DNA of 55,700 bases from Patescibacteria group bacterium (GTDB lineage: Bacteria; Patescibacteriota; Minisyncoccia; 2-02-FULL-40-12; IGHO2-01-FULL-4-A), in the NCBI GenBank assembly GCA_038064915.1, contig JBBTSB010000002.1, positions 1 to 55,700 of the forward strand, read 5' to 3'. The notes below the pieces were generated by a model. That model worked only from the letters and a program-made list of their open reading frames with translations, ran no database searches and had not been told where the DNA came from. A program made the position numbers and the translations under genes. Below are positions 36,901-45,522 of this stretch, piece after piece. Within the stretch, counting starts at the first letter, position 1. Each line of letters opens with the position of its first letter.

Positions 36901-37049
36901 ACGGTGGCAATATTGGGATTGATAAGTACAGTTTGAATGCCTTCTTCTTTAAGCGCTTTGATCGCCTGTGAACCGGAATAATCAAACTCCCCGGCCTGTC
37001 CGATGCGTAACCCCCCGGAACCTAATATAAGTACTTTTGAAAGTTTCAA
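33966..37049 (-). CDS. carB: Carbamoyl-phosphate synthase large subunit
   Basis: [69 protein letters not shown]; TTG start. Confidence 0.97.
   Translation of the reverse strand: [1027 protein letters not shown]
35880..35909. repeat. Double mini-hairpin TCCGCC-GGA-GGCGGA / TCCTCC-TCC-GGAGGA in frame in carB ([10 protein letters not shown])
   Basis: Two adjacent perfect 6-bp inverted repeats. Confidence 0.7.
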
Positions 37050-37072
37050 GTTTAAGAGTTTAAAAGTTTAAG
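37041..37072. repeat. 7-8 nt tandem repeat (core AGTTT) x4 at the carA/carB junction
   Basis: AAGTTTC AAGTTTA AGAGTTTA AAAGTTTA AG spans the carA stop and carB start. Confidence 0.7.
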
Positions 37073-38032
37073 GAAATGATCAAATAGCCATCTTGTGTCT
37101 GTCGGGCCTGGGTGGGATTCGGGATGGAACTGAACCGAGAAGAATGGCTTTGTTTTGTGAGCAACACCCTCTACAGAACTATCATTGAGATTTCTAAAAT
37201 TCACGTACCAGTCACTGGGAAGTGTTTTCTCATCTACCGCATATCCATGATTCTGCGATGTGATAAAACATTTTCCATCATCCATTTGAACAGGTTGGTT
37301 ATGCCCGCGATGGCCGAATTTCAACTTGTACGTCTTCGCCTCTGCTGCAAGACCCATAATCTGGCTTCCCAAACAAATGCCCATCACTGGGATATTTTTC
37401 TTGAAAACCTTCTTTAATATTGCAATGGTCTCTGTGTAATCCGCAGGATCGCCAGGACCGTTTGAAAGAAACACGCCCGCAAAATCTTCTTGAGAGTAGT
37501 CATAATCTCTCGGCACGCGCTTAATCTGAAACGGCAATTTCATCAACTCGCGCAAAATATTCATCTTCATCCCGCAGTCTACTAAGATAATTGTTTTTTT
37601 AAATTGCGTATTATATGAAATAGGCTTTGGAATAGAAACAAAAGGAATATCTCCCGAACTTCCTTTTACTAACATAGTTCCTTTGGACCGGAGGTATTTT
37701 GTCAGCGCTCTCGTGTCGACTCCGGTCATGAGTGGTACGTTTTGATCTTGAAGCCACTTCGCAAACGATTCACTCGCTGTGCTGGTCACAACTCCAGTTG
37801 CATGAATTTTCGTGGACTCCCAAGTTTCTTTTGGCGAAACACCGTAATTACCGATCAGCGGATAGGTAAACACCAAAATCTGCCCGGAGTAACTTGGATC
37901 CGTGAGCGACTCCACATATCCCGTCATGCCTGTGCTAAAGACAACTTCACCAAAAAAAATGCCCCTATTGGGGCGAGGAGTCTCTCCTTGAAATCTAGTT
38001 CCATCTTCGAGAATGAGGTTGGATGTATGCAA
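37052..38032 (-). CDS. carA: Carbamoyl-phosphate synthase small subunit
   Basis: LILEDG, GEVVFSTGMTGYVESLTDPSY, SNGPGDP, GICLGSQ, TSQNHGYAV, QFHPESHPGP; TTG start inferred. Confidence 0.95.
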   Translation of the reverse strand: MHTSNLILEDGTRFQGETPRPNRGIFFGEVVFSTGMTGYVESLTDPSYSGQILVFTYPLIGNYGVSPKETWESTKIHATGVVTSTASESFAKWLQDQNVPLMTGVDTRALTKYLRSKGTMLVKGSSGDIPFVSIPKPISYNTQFKKTIILVDCGMKMNILRELMKLPFQIKRVPRDYDYSQEDFAGVFLSNGPGDPADYTETIAILKKVFKKNIPVMGICLGSQIMGLAAEAKTYKLKFGHRGHNQPVQMDDGKCFITSQNHGYAVDEKTLPSDWYVNFRNLNDSSVEGVAHKTKPFFSVQFHPESHPGPTDTRWLFDHFLKLLNS

Positions 38033-38124
38033 ACTTACAGAAGGATACCAAATTGCTATCCGCAAGGCAAGCAAGTCTTGCGAAGAAAGAAGCAGGTGAG
38101 GTATGGTATTGGTGGAGGTGCCAC

Positions 38125-38511
38125 ATGGCCGAGATGATGTCGCAACAGGCAAGAGGTCCGGGAACAGCCAACTACTGGAGCTTCATGGCCAGTGCGATGG
38201 CTCAACAGCTCCAAACGGCTGTGCATCACAAACGGATTGATGCCAACCAGTTTCCTTCGGGCATCCTCCGGGATGCGATCTGGTTCTGCGCAATCACGCT
38301 CGAATCGGATTCCGAGAGAAGACTCCAGCTCGAAGGTGCCACGGAGCTGGGCGAACGCGTCCTGGAGTCAGTCCATGGTGTTCGTGATCAGGTGGTTGCC
38401 CTCAAGGAGCTCCTGTCTAGTTGCTCCTCGCCTCGCATGCTGACCGCTCAAGAAGTCGAGGTGGCGATGTTCGGCTGCTGCTTTTTCAACGCACTCCGTG
38501 AAATGGAGTAG
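38125..38511 (+). CDS. Hypothetical GC-rich orphan between carA and pyrB
   Basis: 128 aa from the ATG preceded by GGAGGT; followed by hairpins. Confidence 0.65.
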   Translation: MAEMMSQQARGPGTANYWSFMASAMAQQLQTAVHHKRIDANQFPSGILRDAIWFCAITLESDSERRLQLEGATELGERVLESVHGVRDQVVALKELLSSCSSPRMLTAQEVEVAMFGCCFFNALREME

Positions 38512-38561
38512 CATGTACCTACCCGACAACGGCCGCTCTCCGTGAAAACGGATGGAGCACA

Positions 38562-38595
38562 GACGACCCGCCTAGAGGTCGTCGTTGCATTTTTA
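38562..38595 (+). terminator. Hairpin GACGACC/GGTCGTC plus T-rich tail
   Basis: 7-bp perfect stem followed by GTTGCATTTTT. Confidence 0.5.
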
Positions 38596-38613
38596 TGAGG
38601 TTCGCATTACACT
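38585..38613 (+). promoter_or_regulatory. pyrB promoter TTGCAT-N17-TACACT (predicted leaderless)
   Basis: The -10 ends 7 nt before ATG 38621. Confidence 0.62.
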
Positions 38614-38620
38614 TTCGATA

Positions 38621-39547
38621 ATGAAGCTACGTCATATCGTGACCGCAGAACAGTTTTTAGATAGGAAATTTCTGGACAAACTTTTCGTGTTGGCTCGCAA
38701 AATGGAAAAAACCGACATGCGAGGATACACCAACGCACTCAGGGGAAAAATTCTCGCCACAGTCTTTTATGAACCGAGTACTCGAACTCGGTTTTCTTTT
38801 GAATCAGCCATGATGAAACTCGGTGGGCAGGTGCTCACTACCGAAAGTGCGGGGCAATTTTCATCGGCCGTCAAAGGCGAAACATTGGAAGATAGCATCC
38901 GAATAATCGAGGGCTACGCCGACGCTATCGTCCTGCGCCATCCGCAAACCGGCGCTGCACGGATTGCTTCTGATATCGCATCAGTACCTGTTATTAACGC
39001 GGGTGACGGAAGCGGGGAACATCCAACACAAGCCTTGCTCGATTTGTACACCATCCACAAAGAAAAAGGTTCGCTTGATAACTTACATATCTCTTTAGTG
39101 GGAGATCTACTCTACGGTCGCACGATCCACTCACTTCTCAAATTTTTTCCGCTGTATAAAAATCTCACCGTGTCTTGCGTCTCACCCAAAAAACTAAAAC
39201 TTCCCGACGAACATTTGCAGTATTTAAAAAACAACAACGTTGGAGTGGAAATGCAGCAGAACATGAAACCGGTACTTGCTCGATCTGACGTGCTGTATAT
39301 GACGCGGGTACAAAAGGAACGTTTTTCTTCTCTAAAGGAATACGAATCTGTGAAAGGAACATATGTGCTCGACCAACCGATGCTTACCTCGTTTAAAAAA
39401 GATGGAATCGTCATGCACCCTCTTCCACGCGTCAACGAAATCGCCGCGATCGTAGACCAAGATCCACGGGCACTGTATTTCAAACAAGCAAAAAATGGCC
39501 TTTATATCCGTGCGGCACTGCTGCATTGGGTATTTAAAGGGAAATAA
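38621..39547 (+). CDS. pyrB: Aspartate carbamoyltransferase
   Basis: FYEPSTRTRFSFESA, KGETLEDS, NAGDGSGEHPTQALLD, GRTIHSL, YMTRVQKERF, HPLPR. Confidence 0.97.
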   Translation: MKLRHIVTAEQFLDRKFLDKLFVLARKMEKTDMRGYTNALRGKILATVFYEPSTRTRFSFESAMMKLGGQVLTTESAGQFSSAVKGETLEDSIRIIEGYADAIVLRHPQTGAARIASDIASVPVINAGDGSGEHPTQALLDLYTIHKEKGSLDNLHISLVGDLLYGRTIHSLLKFFPLYKNLTVSCVSPKKLKLPDEHLQYLKNNNVGVEMQQNMKPVLARSDVLYMTRVQKERFSSLKEYESVKGTYVLDQPMLTSFKKDGIVMHPLPRVNEIAAIVDQDPRALYFKQAKNGLYIRAALLHWVFKGK

Positions 39548-40573
39548 ATGCCTATCACCAAACTCCCAGGACTTATTGATGTCCATGTCCACCTCCGCGA
39601 AACCGGAGCGATTCATAAAGAAGATTTTGTCACGGGCAGTCGCGCAGCTATCAAGGGCGGCTTTACCTATATTCTGGATATGCCCAACAATCCGCAACCC
39701 ACCTTCACGCGTGAGCGAATGGAGGAAAAAATTTCTCTTTCAAAGAAAGGATTATGCGATATCGGATTTTATGCAGGTACGGACGGGAAAAATCTTTCAG
39801 AATTTTTGTGGTTTGCAAACAACCCGCACGTCTTTGGCTTAAAAGTGTACTGCAATCACACAACAGGAGAGTTATTAATCGAGGATAAAAAAAGTATAGA
39901 AAAAATATTCAAGGCATGGGAATCAAAGAAGCTCCTCCTCGTCCACGCGGAAATGGAGAAACTGGAACTCGCTCTTCATATGGCAAAAAAGTACAAACGC
40001 CGACTACACCTCTGTCATATCGCCCGCAAAGAGGAAGTAGAAATGATTCGAAAAGCGAAACAAAAAGGTCAGGATGTGACGACGGGCGTCACGCCACATC
40101 ACCTCTACCTCACGAACCTCCACGTAAATGTCATGAAAGGCTACGCATTTATGAAGCCGGAACTCGGAGAGTTGCCGGATCAAGAAGCTTTGTGGGAGGG
40201 ACTACTCGACCATACGATTGATCTGGTAGAAAGTGATCACGCTCCCCACACCAAAGAGGAAAAAGAAAAAAATCCTCCGGTTTCTGGCGTGCCAGGACTT
40301 GAAACGACACTCGGACTCCTGGGGCGAGCGGTCATGCGCAAGCGTATCAAGCTATCTGACATCAAACGGCTATTGTATATAAACCCAAAAAGGATTTTCA
40401 ACGTTCCCTCACAGCCTAATACCTACATTGAAGTAGATTTTTCTAAGAGCTACACTGTAGGTAGCGACGGATATGAGACCAAGTGCAACTGGTCACCGTT
40501 TGATGGCTGGGAAGTCTATGGGAAAGTTTTAAAAACTGTCATACGTGGAAACACCGTTTTTCGATCCAAATAA
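39548..40573 (+). CDS. pyrC: Dihydroorotase
   Basis: PGLIDVHVHLRE, DMPNNPQP, VHAE, HLCH, TPHHL, SDHAPH, GVPGLET. Confidence 0.92.
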   Translation: MPITKLPGLIDVHVHLRETGAIHKEDFVTGSRAAIKGGFTYILDMPNNPQPTFTRERMEEKISLSKKGLCDIGFYAGTDGKNLSEFLWFANNPHVFGLKVYCNHTTGELLIEDKKSIEKIFKAWESKKLLLVHAEMEKLELALHMAKKYKRRLHLCHIARKEEVEMIRKAKQKGQDVTTGVTPHHLYLTNLHVNVMKGYAFMKPELGELPDQEALWEGLLDHTIDLVESDHAPHTKEEKEKNPPVSGVPGLETTLGLLGRAVMRKRIKLSDIKRLLYINPKRIFNVPSQPNTYIEVDFSKSYTVGSDGYETKCNWSPFDGWEVYGKVLKTVIRGNTVFRSK

Positions 40574-41597
40574 AACATACTACGAGAACTGGGAGCAGGG
40601 CCCTTTTGGGGCTTTCATAGATCCAAAAGATTCACTCGGGAAATATCCCGCAATTCCTTTTGGTATCGCAGCGGGACCGCTTCTCAATGCACGCTTTATG
40701 AAGGCAGCGATGCTGATGGGCTTTGATCACGTGGTATACAAAACGGTCCGCACGCGTGAGAAAAAATCAAACCAGTGGCCCAACGTTGTCTCTGTCGATA
40801 TCAAAGGAGATCTTTCTATAGAGCAGGCCAAAAAAGGAGTTACGACAAAAGAAGGATTTGCAGAGCCACTTGCCATCACCAACTCCTTTGGCAATCCCTG
40901 CTATCCGGTAGACGTTTGGCAGCAAGATATCGCAGAACTCGTCGAATGGGCAAAAGATCGCAAAGGTCAGCGGGTCAGCGCAATGATCGAAGGCACACGT
41001 TGGGATGAGACATATACTGACAAAAAATTCCTCGAAGACTGGGTCTTGGCCGCGCAACTGATGCAGGAAACAAAAGTTCCTGAAATCGAAGCAAACTTTA
41101 GTTGCCCCAACGAAGGCAACTTGGTAAAAACCTTGCTGTGCTATGATACCTCTTCATCTCGCCGCATTGCCGAGGCAATCAAAAACAAAATCGGCAACGT
41201 GCCGTTGATAATAAAAATTTCGTATTTTGAAGATCAAAATGAGCTTGAGTATTTTGTAAAAGAGCTTGGCACGGTAGTAGACGGCTTTTCAGCGATTAAT
41301 ACTATTCAGACCCCGGTATACAATGCAAAAGGCAAGCAAGCTCTCCCAGGCGGAGATTGGAGATTAAAATCCGGCATCTGCGGCACACCGATCAAATGGG
41401 CGGGGCTCGATATGGTCCAACGCTTGAAATCTCTCCGAGAAAAGCTCAAGATGAACTACCAGATCATCGGCGTAGGCGGGGTCATGAGTTCGGACGATTA
41501 CCACGAATACCGCTCCGCCGGAGCCGACGTCGTCATGTCCGCCACGGGAAGTATGTGGAACCCGCATCTGGCAGTAGATATTAAAAAAACATTATGA
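40545..41597 (+). CDS. pyrD: Dihydroorotate dehydrogenase (class 1-like)
   Basis: PFGIAAGP, YKTVRT, TNSFG, NFSCPN, INT, SGICG, IGVGGV; in the pyr operon. Confidence 0.85.
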   Translation: METPFFDPNKTYYENWEQGPFGAFIDPKDSLGKYPAIPFGIAAGPLLNARFMKAAMLMGFDHVVYKTVRTREKKSNQWPNVVSVDIKGDLSIEQAKKGVTTKEGFAEPLAITNSFGNPCYPVDVWQQDIAELVEWAKDRKGQRVSAMIEGTRWDETYTDKKFLEDWVLAAQLMQETKVPEIEANFSCPNEGNLVKTLLCYDTSSSRRIAEAIKNKIGNVPLIIKISYFEDQNELEYFVKELGTVVDGFSAINTIQTPVYNAKGKQALPGGDWRLKSGICGTPIKWAGLDMVQRLKSLREKLKMNYQIIGVGGVMSSDDYHEYRSAGADVVMSATGSMWNPHLAVDIKKTL

Positions 41598-42226
41598 ACC
41601 AAGAAGTCAACGATATTTTGCAAAAAACAGGAGCGGTACTGCGTGATAGCCATTTTGTGTATGTGTCAGGTAAGCACTCTTCTATCTATGTGAACAAAGA
41701 CTATGTGTATCCACATATTAAGCATACTTCTCGTATCGCCGAAATCATCGCTGAAAAATATAAAGACAAACCCATTGACGTTGTGGTTGGTCCTTCCATC
41801 GGAGGAATTATTTTATCCCAATGGGTTGCCTATCATTTATCAAAAATGAAGGGGCAAGAAATATTGAGCGTGTACACCGAAAAGCAACCGGACAAGGATC
41901 AGATTTTCACTCGAGGATACGATCAGTTCGTAAAAGATAAAAATGTTTTGGTAGTGGAAGATATTGTAACTACGGGTGGTTCAGTGAAAAAAGTCATTCA
42001 CAGCGTAGAAAAAGCTGGTGGCAAAACACTCGCTGCATGCTGCATCGTGAACAAAGATCCTGAACATATCAATCCTGCATTTATTGGGGTGCCGTTTGAT
42101 TACCTCACGATCGTGGGTGTTGATGTATACAATCCTGAAAATTGCCCGCTCTGCAAATCCGGCGTTCCCATCAACACCAAAATCGGCCACGGTAAAAAGT
42201 TTTTGGAAGAACAAAAGAAAAAATAA
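41594..42226 (+). CDS. pyrE: Orotate phosphoribosyltransferase
   Basis: HFVYVSGKHS.YVNK, VLVVEDIVTTGGS PRPP loop. Confidence 0.9.
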   Translation: MNQEVNDILQKTGAVLRDSHFVYVSGKHSSIYVNKDYVYPHIKHTSRIAEIIAEKYKDKPIDVVVGPSIGGIILSQWVAYHLSKMKGQEILSVYTEKQPDKDQIFTRGYDQFVKDKNVLVVEDIVTTGGSVKKVIHSVEKAGGKTLAACCIVNKDPEHINPAFIGVPFDYLTIVGVDVYNPENCPLCKSGVPINTKIGHGKKFLEEQKKK

Positions 42227-42227
42227 T

Positions 42228-42656
42228 ATGGACTGGAAAATTATCGCAATCTTCGCTCCAACATTTTTCGTAGCCTACCAGGCCCTTTCGAAGTTACTAC
42301 CAAAAGATATCTCGGTATTCTTGGTCAATGCCTATGCGTCACTTATTGGTGCGGTGGTAATGATCATCTTGCACTTTTTATTTTCTGCACAAAAGGGTTT
42401 TGCGATCACCTCGAAATCCCTCTCAATAGCATTAGGTATCGGTCTCTTGATCAGCGGTGGAAATTTCATGATCATCAAAGCCTACTCGCTTGGTGCTCCG
42501 CAGACGCTATTCACTGCTATCTTCTATCCAGCACTCATCATTTATGCAACGCTGGTGGGACTTCTAATCTGGCATGAGAAATTGAATTTTCTTCAAGGCA
42601 TAGGGGTAGTACTATCAATCGTTGGGATTTTGATGATTTTCTATTTTAAAAAATAA
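42228..42656 (+). CDS. EamA/DMT family small transporter
   Basis: 142 aa, about 5 TM segments, GIGVVLSIVGI. Confidence 0.75.
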   Translation: MDWKIIAIFAPTFFVAYQALSKLLPKDISVFLVNAYASLIGAVVMIILHFLFSAQKGFAITSKSLSIALGIGLLISGGNFMIIKAYSLGAPQTLFTAIFYPALIIYATLVGLLIWHEKLNFLQGIGVVLSIVGILMIFYFKK

Positions 42657-42658
42657 GT

Positions 42659-43081
42659 ATGGACATTAAACTTTTCGTTGCGACTAAAGGATTCATCAAT
42701 TACAAAGGCAAAGTTTTGATTGTGCGGGAATCGGTGAAATACAAAGACGCTACAAACGTAGCGAAGTTCGATATAGTGGGCGGACGTATGGAAGTTGGGC
42801 AACGATTTGATGAGAGCCTGCTTCGTGAAGTCAAAGAGGAAACAGGATTGGAAGTAAAAATCGGCAAACCGTTTTTTGTAAACGAATGGCGACCGGTGGT
42901 GCGCGGCGAGCAGTGGCAAATTGTTGGCATCTTTTTTGAATGCACTACGGCTTCAGAAACGGTGACGTTGAGTCAGGATCATGACAAATTCGAATGGATC
43001 GATCCCAAAAAATACCAAGACTACCCCGTGATAGAAAATCTCTATCCGGCTTTTGAAGCATACCTCAATGGAATATCTTGA
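42659..43081 (+). CDS. Nudix hydrolase (MutT-like)
   Basis: GGRMEVGQRFDESLLREVKEETGL; LSQDHDKFEWI. Confidence 0.88.
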   Translation: MDIKLFVATKGFINYKGKVLIVRESVKYKDATNVAKFDIVGGRMEVGQRFDESLLREVKEETGLEVKIGKPFFVNEWRPVVRGEQWQIVGIFFECTTASETVTLSQDHDKFEWIDPKKYQDYPVIENLYPAFEAYLNGIS

Positions 43082-43568
43082 TGTTATTGATCAGCATAAC
43101 AAGGTCGTAGGCAAGGCTGCTAAGAATGAGATTTATGAAAAAAAGCTCCCCCACCGGATCGTGCACGTGTGGCTTTTTAATGATAGGGGGGAATTGGCCG
43201 TAGCAATGCGAGCTGCAGGAGTTTCATATAAACCCTTGCATTGGTGTTCCACAGCTGCTGGCCATGTTTCTGCAGGCGAATCCTTTCTCGATGCCGGATA
43301 CCGCGAACTCATGGAAGAGTGCAAAATCAAAACAGATCTCAAACTCAAAGATTCAGTCTGGTACGAGGGCGCCGATGCACCAGGCCTCAAAAAAATTCTC
43401 GGCCTCTGTGAGGGCTCTTACCAAACACCTATTGCCATTCGTAACGCAGAAGTTGACCGAGTAGAGTTTCTTTCAATCAATAAAATACAGAATCTTATCA
43501 AACACGGTGAGCCCATCCATCCGGAATTTTTATTTCTCTTCAATAAGCACTACCCCTCAATAACCTAA
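43068..43568 (+). CDS. Nudix hydrolase (IDI/YfcD-like)
   Basis: LPHRIVHVWLFN, AAGHVSAGES..AGYRELMEE. Confidence 0.85.
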   Translation: MEYLDVIDQHNKVVGKAAKNEIYEKKLPHRIVHVWLFNDRGELAVAMRAAGVSYKPLHWCSTAAGHVSAGESFLDAGYRELMEECKIKTDLKLKDSVWYEGADAPGLKKILGLCEGSYQTPIAIRNAEVDRVEFLSINKIQNLIKHGEPIHPEFLFLFNKHYPSIT

Positions 43569-43569
43569 A

Positions 43570-43600
43570 GCGCCCCGAGAAGCAGGATGCTCTAGGGCGC
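43570..43600. terminator. GC hairpin between convergent genes
   Basis: GCGCCC/GGGCGC outer stem with inner GAG/CTC and AGCA/TGCT pairing. Confidence 0.45.
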
Positions 43601-43623
43601 ACGGGAACTGCAGCAAAGCATGA

Positions 43624-43812
43624 TCACTTTTTCCTCCGTTTCGTTTTGATCGAGATCTTCTTACGCGGCTTTTTGCGATCAAGCCTCTTCACAGAAGACT
43701 CGAACTTCTTGATCTCGGTGAGTGTCGTGCAGAGACAGTCATTGAGGAAACCACCGCACTTTCCACACTCCCCGATGACGAGCTCCATGATATCCTGGCG
43801 ACTTTCGGGCAT
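43624..43812 (-). CDS. Small Cys-containing basic orphan
   Basis: 62 aa, CGKC..CLC, Lys/Arg tail; GGAGG SD and TTGATC-N17-TAGGGT promoter upstream. Confidence 0.6.
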   Translation of the reverse strand: MPESRQDIMELVIGECGKCGGFLNDCLCTTLTEIKKFESSVKRLDRKKPRKKISIKTKRRKK

Positions 43813-43868
43813 CGTTCCTCCCTCTCTTTCGGCTTTACCCTAGCACCAAAAGTCGTTATGATCAATTG

Positions 43869-44705
43869 GTGGTCAGAACTACTGAAACCCCCGCATTGTT
43901 CGAGCAAACTCCTATCCGGCGAGTTTGGGATGAAAAAGAGGAGAAGTGGTGGTTTTCGGTTGTGGATGTGGTAGGGATTTTGGCAGAAAGTGCCGATGCG
44001 AGAAAATACTGGAATAAGCTAGCCCAAAGACTACGAGAAGAAGGGAGTGAAGTGGTGACAAAATGTCACCAGTTGAAATTATTAGCAGCGGATGGGAAAA
44101 TGCGCCTTACTGACGTAGCAGAAACACAAACCCTCTTCCGAATTATCCAAAGCATACCATCTCCCAAAGCCGAACCTTTTAAGCTTTGGCTGGCCAAAGT
44201 CGGGTACGAGCGGATCAAGGAAACTGCCGATCCCCAAATAGCAGTTGACCGTGCGCGAAAACACTGGAAAAAGATGGGTAGATCGGAAAAATGGATTGAG
44301 ATGCGGATGCGTGGAATCGAATTGCGCAATAAACTCACTGATTATTGGAATGAGAGTGGCGTCAAAGAAGGTAAAGAATATGCCATACTGACAGACATCA
44401 TCCACCAGGAATGGAGCGAACTGACTACGAAGCAACATAAACATCTCAAAGGGTTGCAGGCTCAAAATCTTCGAGACCATATGGATGATGCCGAGTTGAT
44501 CTTTACTGCGTTGGCAGAACTTTCGACAAATCAAATTGCTAAAAGCGACGAGGCAAAGGGTTTTGATGAAAACACCATGTCAGCCCACAAAGGCGGCCGT
44601 ATTTCCGGCAATGCCCGCAAAGCTCTGGAGAACCAAACCGGCAAAAAAGTCGTGAGCGGAGAAAATTTCCTACCTCCAAAGAAGAAGATTAAACGTCTTA
44701 CTTGA
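43869..44705 (+). CDS. Bro-N domain (phage antirepressor-like) protein
   Basis: IRRVWDE..EKWWFSVVDVV, RIIQSIPSPKAEPFKLWLA.VG.ERI.E; TTTACC-N17-TATGAT just upstream of the GTG. Confidence 0.88.
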   Translation: MVRTTETPALFEQTPIRRVWDEKEEKWWFSVVDVVGILAESADARKYWNKLAQRLREEGSEVVTKCHQLKLLAADGKMRLTDVAETQTLFRIIQSIPSPKAEPFKLWLAKVGYERIKETADPQIAVDRARKHWKKMGRSEKWIEMRMRGIELRNKLTDYWNESGVKEGKEYAILTDIIHQEWSELTTKQHKHLKGLQAQNLRDHMDDAELIFTALAELSTNQIAKSDEAKGFDENTMSAHKGGRISGNARKALENQTGKKVVSGENFLPPKKKIKRLT

Positions 44706-44707
44706 AT

Positions 44708-45520
44708 ATGCAACAACAAACAAAAACAATCATTCGGTGGATCTTGGCGCCTATTATAGGTTACGGGATCGCGTTTATCGTGGCTGTTGGTTTTGTTTTT
44801 GGTAGTATTTTTGGTGTCATTCCCATGTTGGATTCCGTCAACGGATTATTTTTGATCTTGGCTTTCGCGAGCACCTTTGCTTCGGTGATCGTGGGCTCAC
44901 TCATTGCGCCATCACATAAAACACAGACTGCTCTTGCGCTTTCCCTAGGTCTACCTCTGGTCAGTTTTCTGATTAACCGAGACTTTCAATCAATGTTTTG
45001 GGTAAACGCAGGCGGGATGGTAGCGGGGGGACTATTCGCAACACTTCTGACTTGGCTTTGGACAAAACCTAATCGTACACAACAAACGCACAAAGTTATA
45101 GTCATAGTTTGTACACTTGTTTTTGTTGCGGGCGGTGGGATACTTTTTGCACGCCTCATGGATTACCCGGCAAAACCAGACTCTACGCCCGGGACCTTGT
45201 CATGGTACCCAGTCTCTGCTTTCTATTCATATCGATTGGCCGGTTTTATCGATGAAACCAATTTCTGGCGCTTCGAGGCAAACAAAGAAACTATACAAAA
45301 AATTGCAGTAGACTCCCGCTTTGAACAAACGACTGATGTACCAGATGATTTCTTTTACTATCGACCTTACTGGTGGCCCAAGAAATTGCCACAAAACTAT
45401 CTAGCATTCAAATCTCCCGAATTTTCTTTTGATGTTCGTCCTGGAGACGGCGATTACTATTTCCTCGTCTACGATCAAGATCTCCAACGAGCTTATGTTT
45501 GGGTAGATGATAATTTCTAG
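44708..45520 (+). CDS. Hypothetical multi-TM protein with C-terminal soluble domain
   Basis: About 5 TM segments followed by an aromatic-rich domain. Confidence 0.72.
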   Translation: MQQQTKTIIRWILAPIIGYGIAFIVAVGFVFGSIFGVIPMLDSVNGLFLILAFASTFASVIVGSLIAPSHKTQTALALSLGLPLVSFLINRDFQSMFWVNAGGMVAGGLFATLLTWLWTKPNRTQQTHKVIVIVCTLVFVAGGGILFARLMDYPAKPDSTPGTLSWYPVSAFYSYRLAGFIDETNFWRFEANKETIQKIAVDSRFEQTTDVPDDFFYYRPYWWPKKLPQNYLAFKSPEFSFDVRPGDGDYYFLVYDQDLQRAYVWVDDNF

Positions 45521-45522
45521 TT

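Noticed and set aside
43624-45520. Prophage around Bro-N
   Set aside because: No integrase, structural, replication or lysis genes and no att repeats seen.
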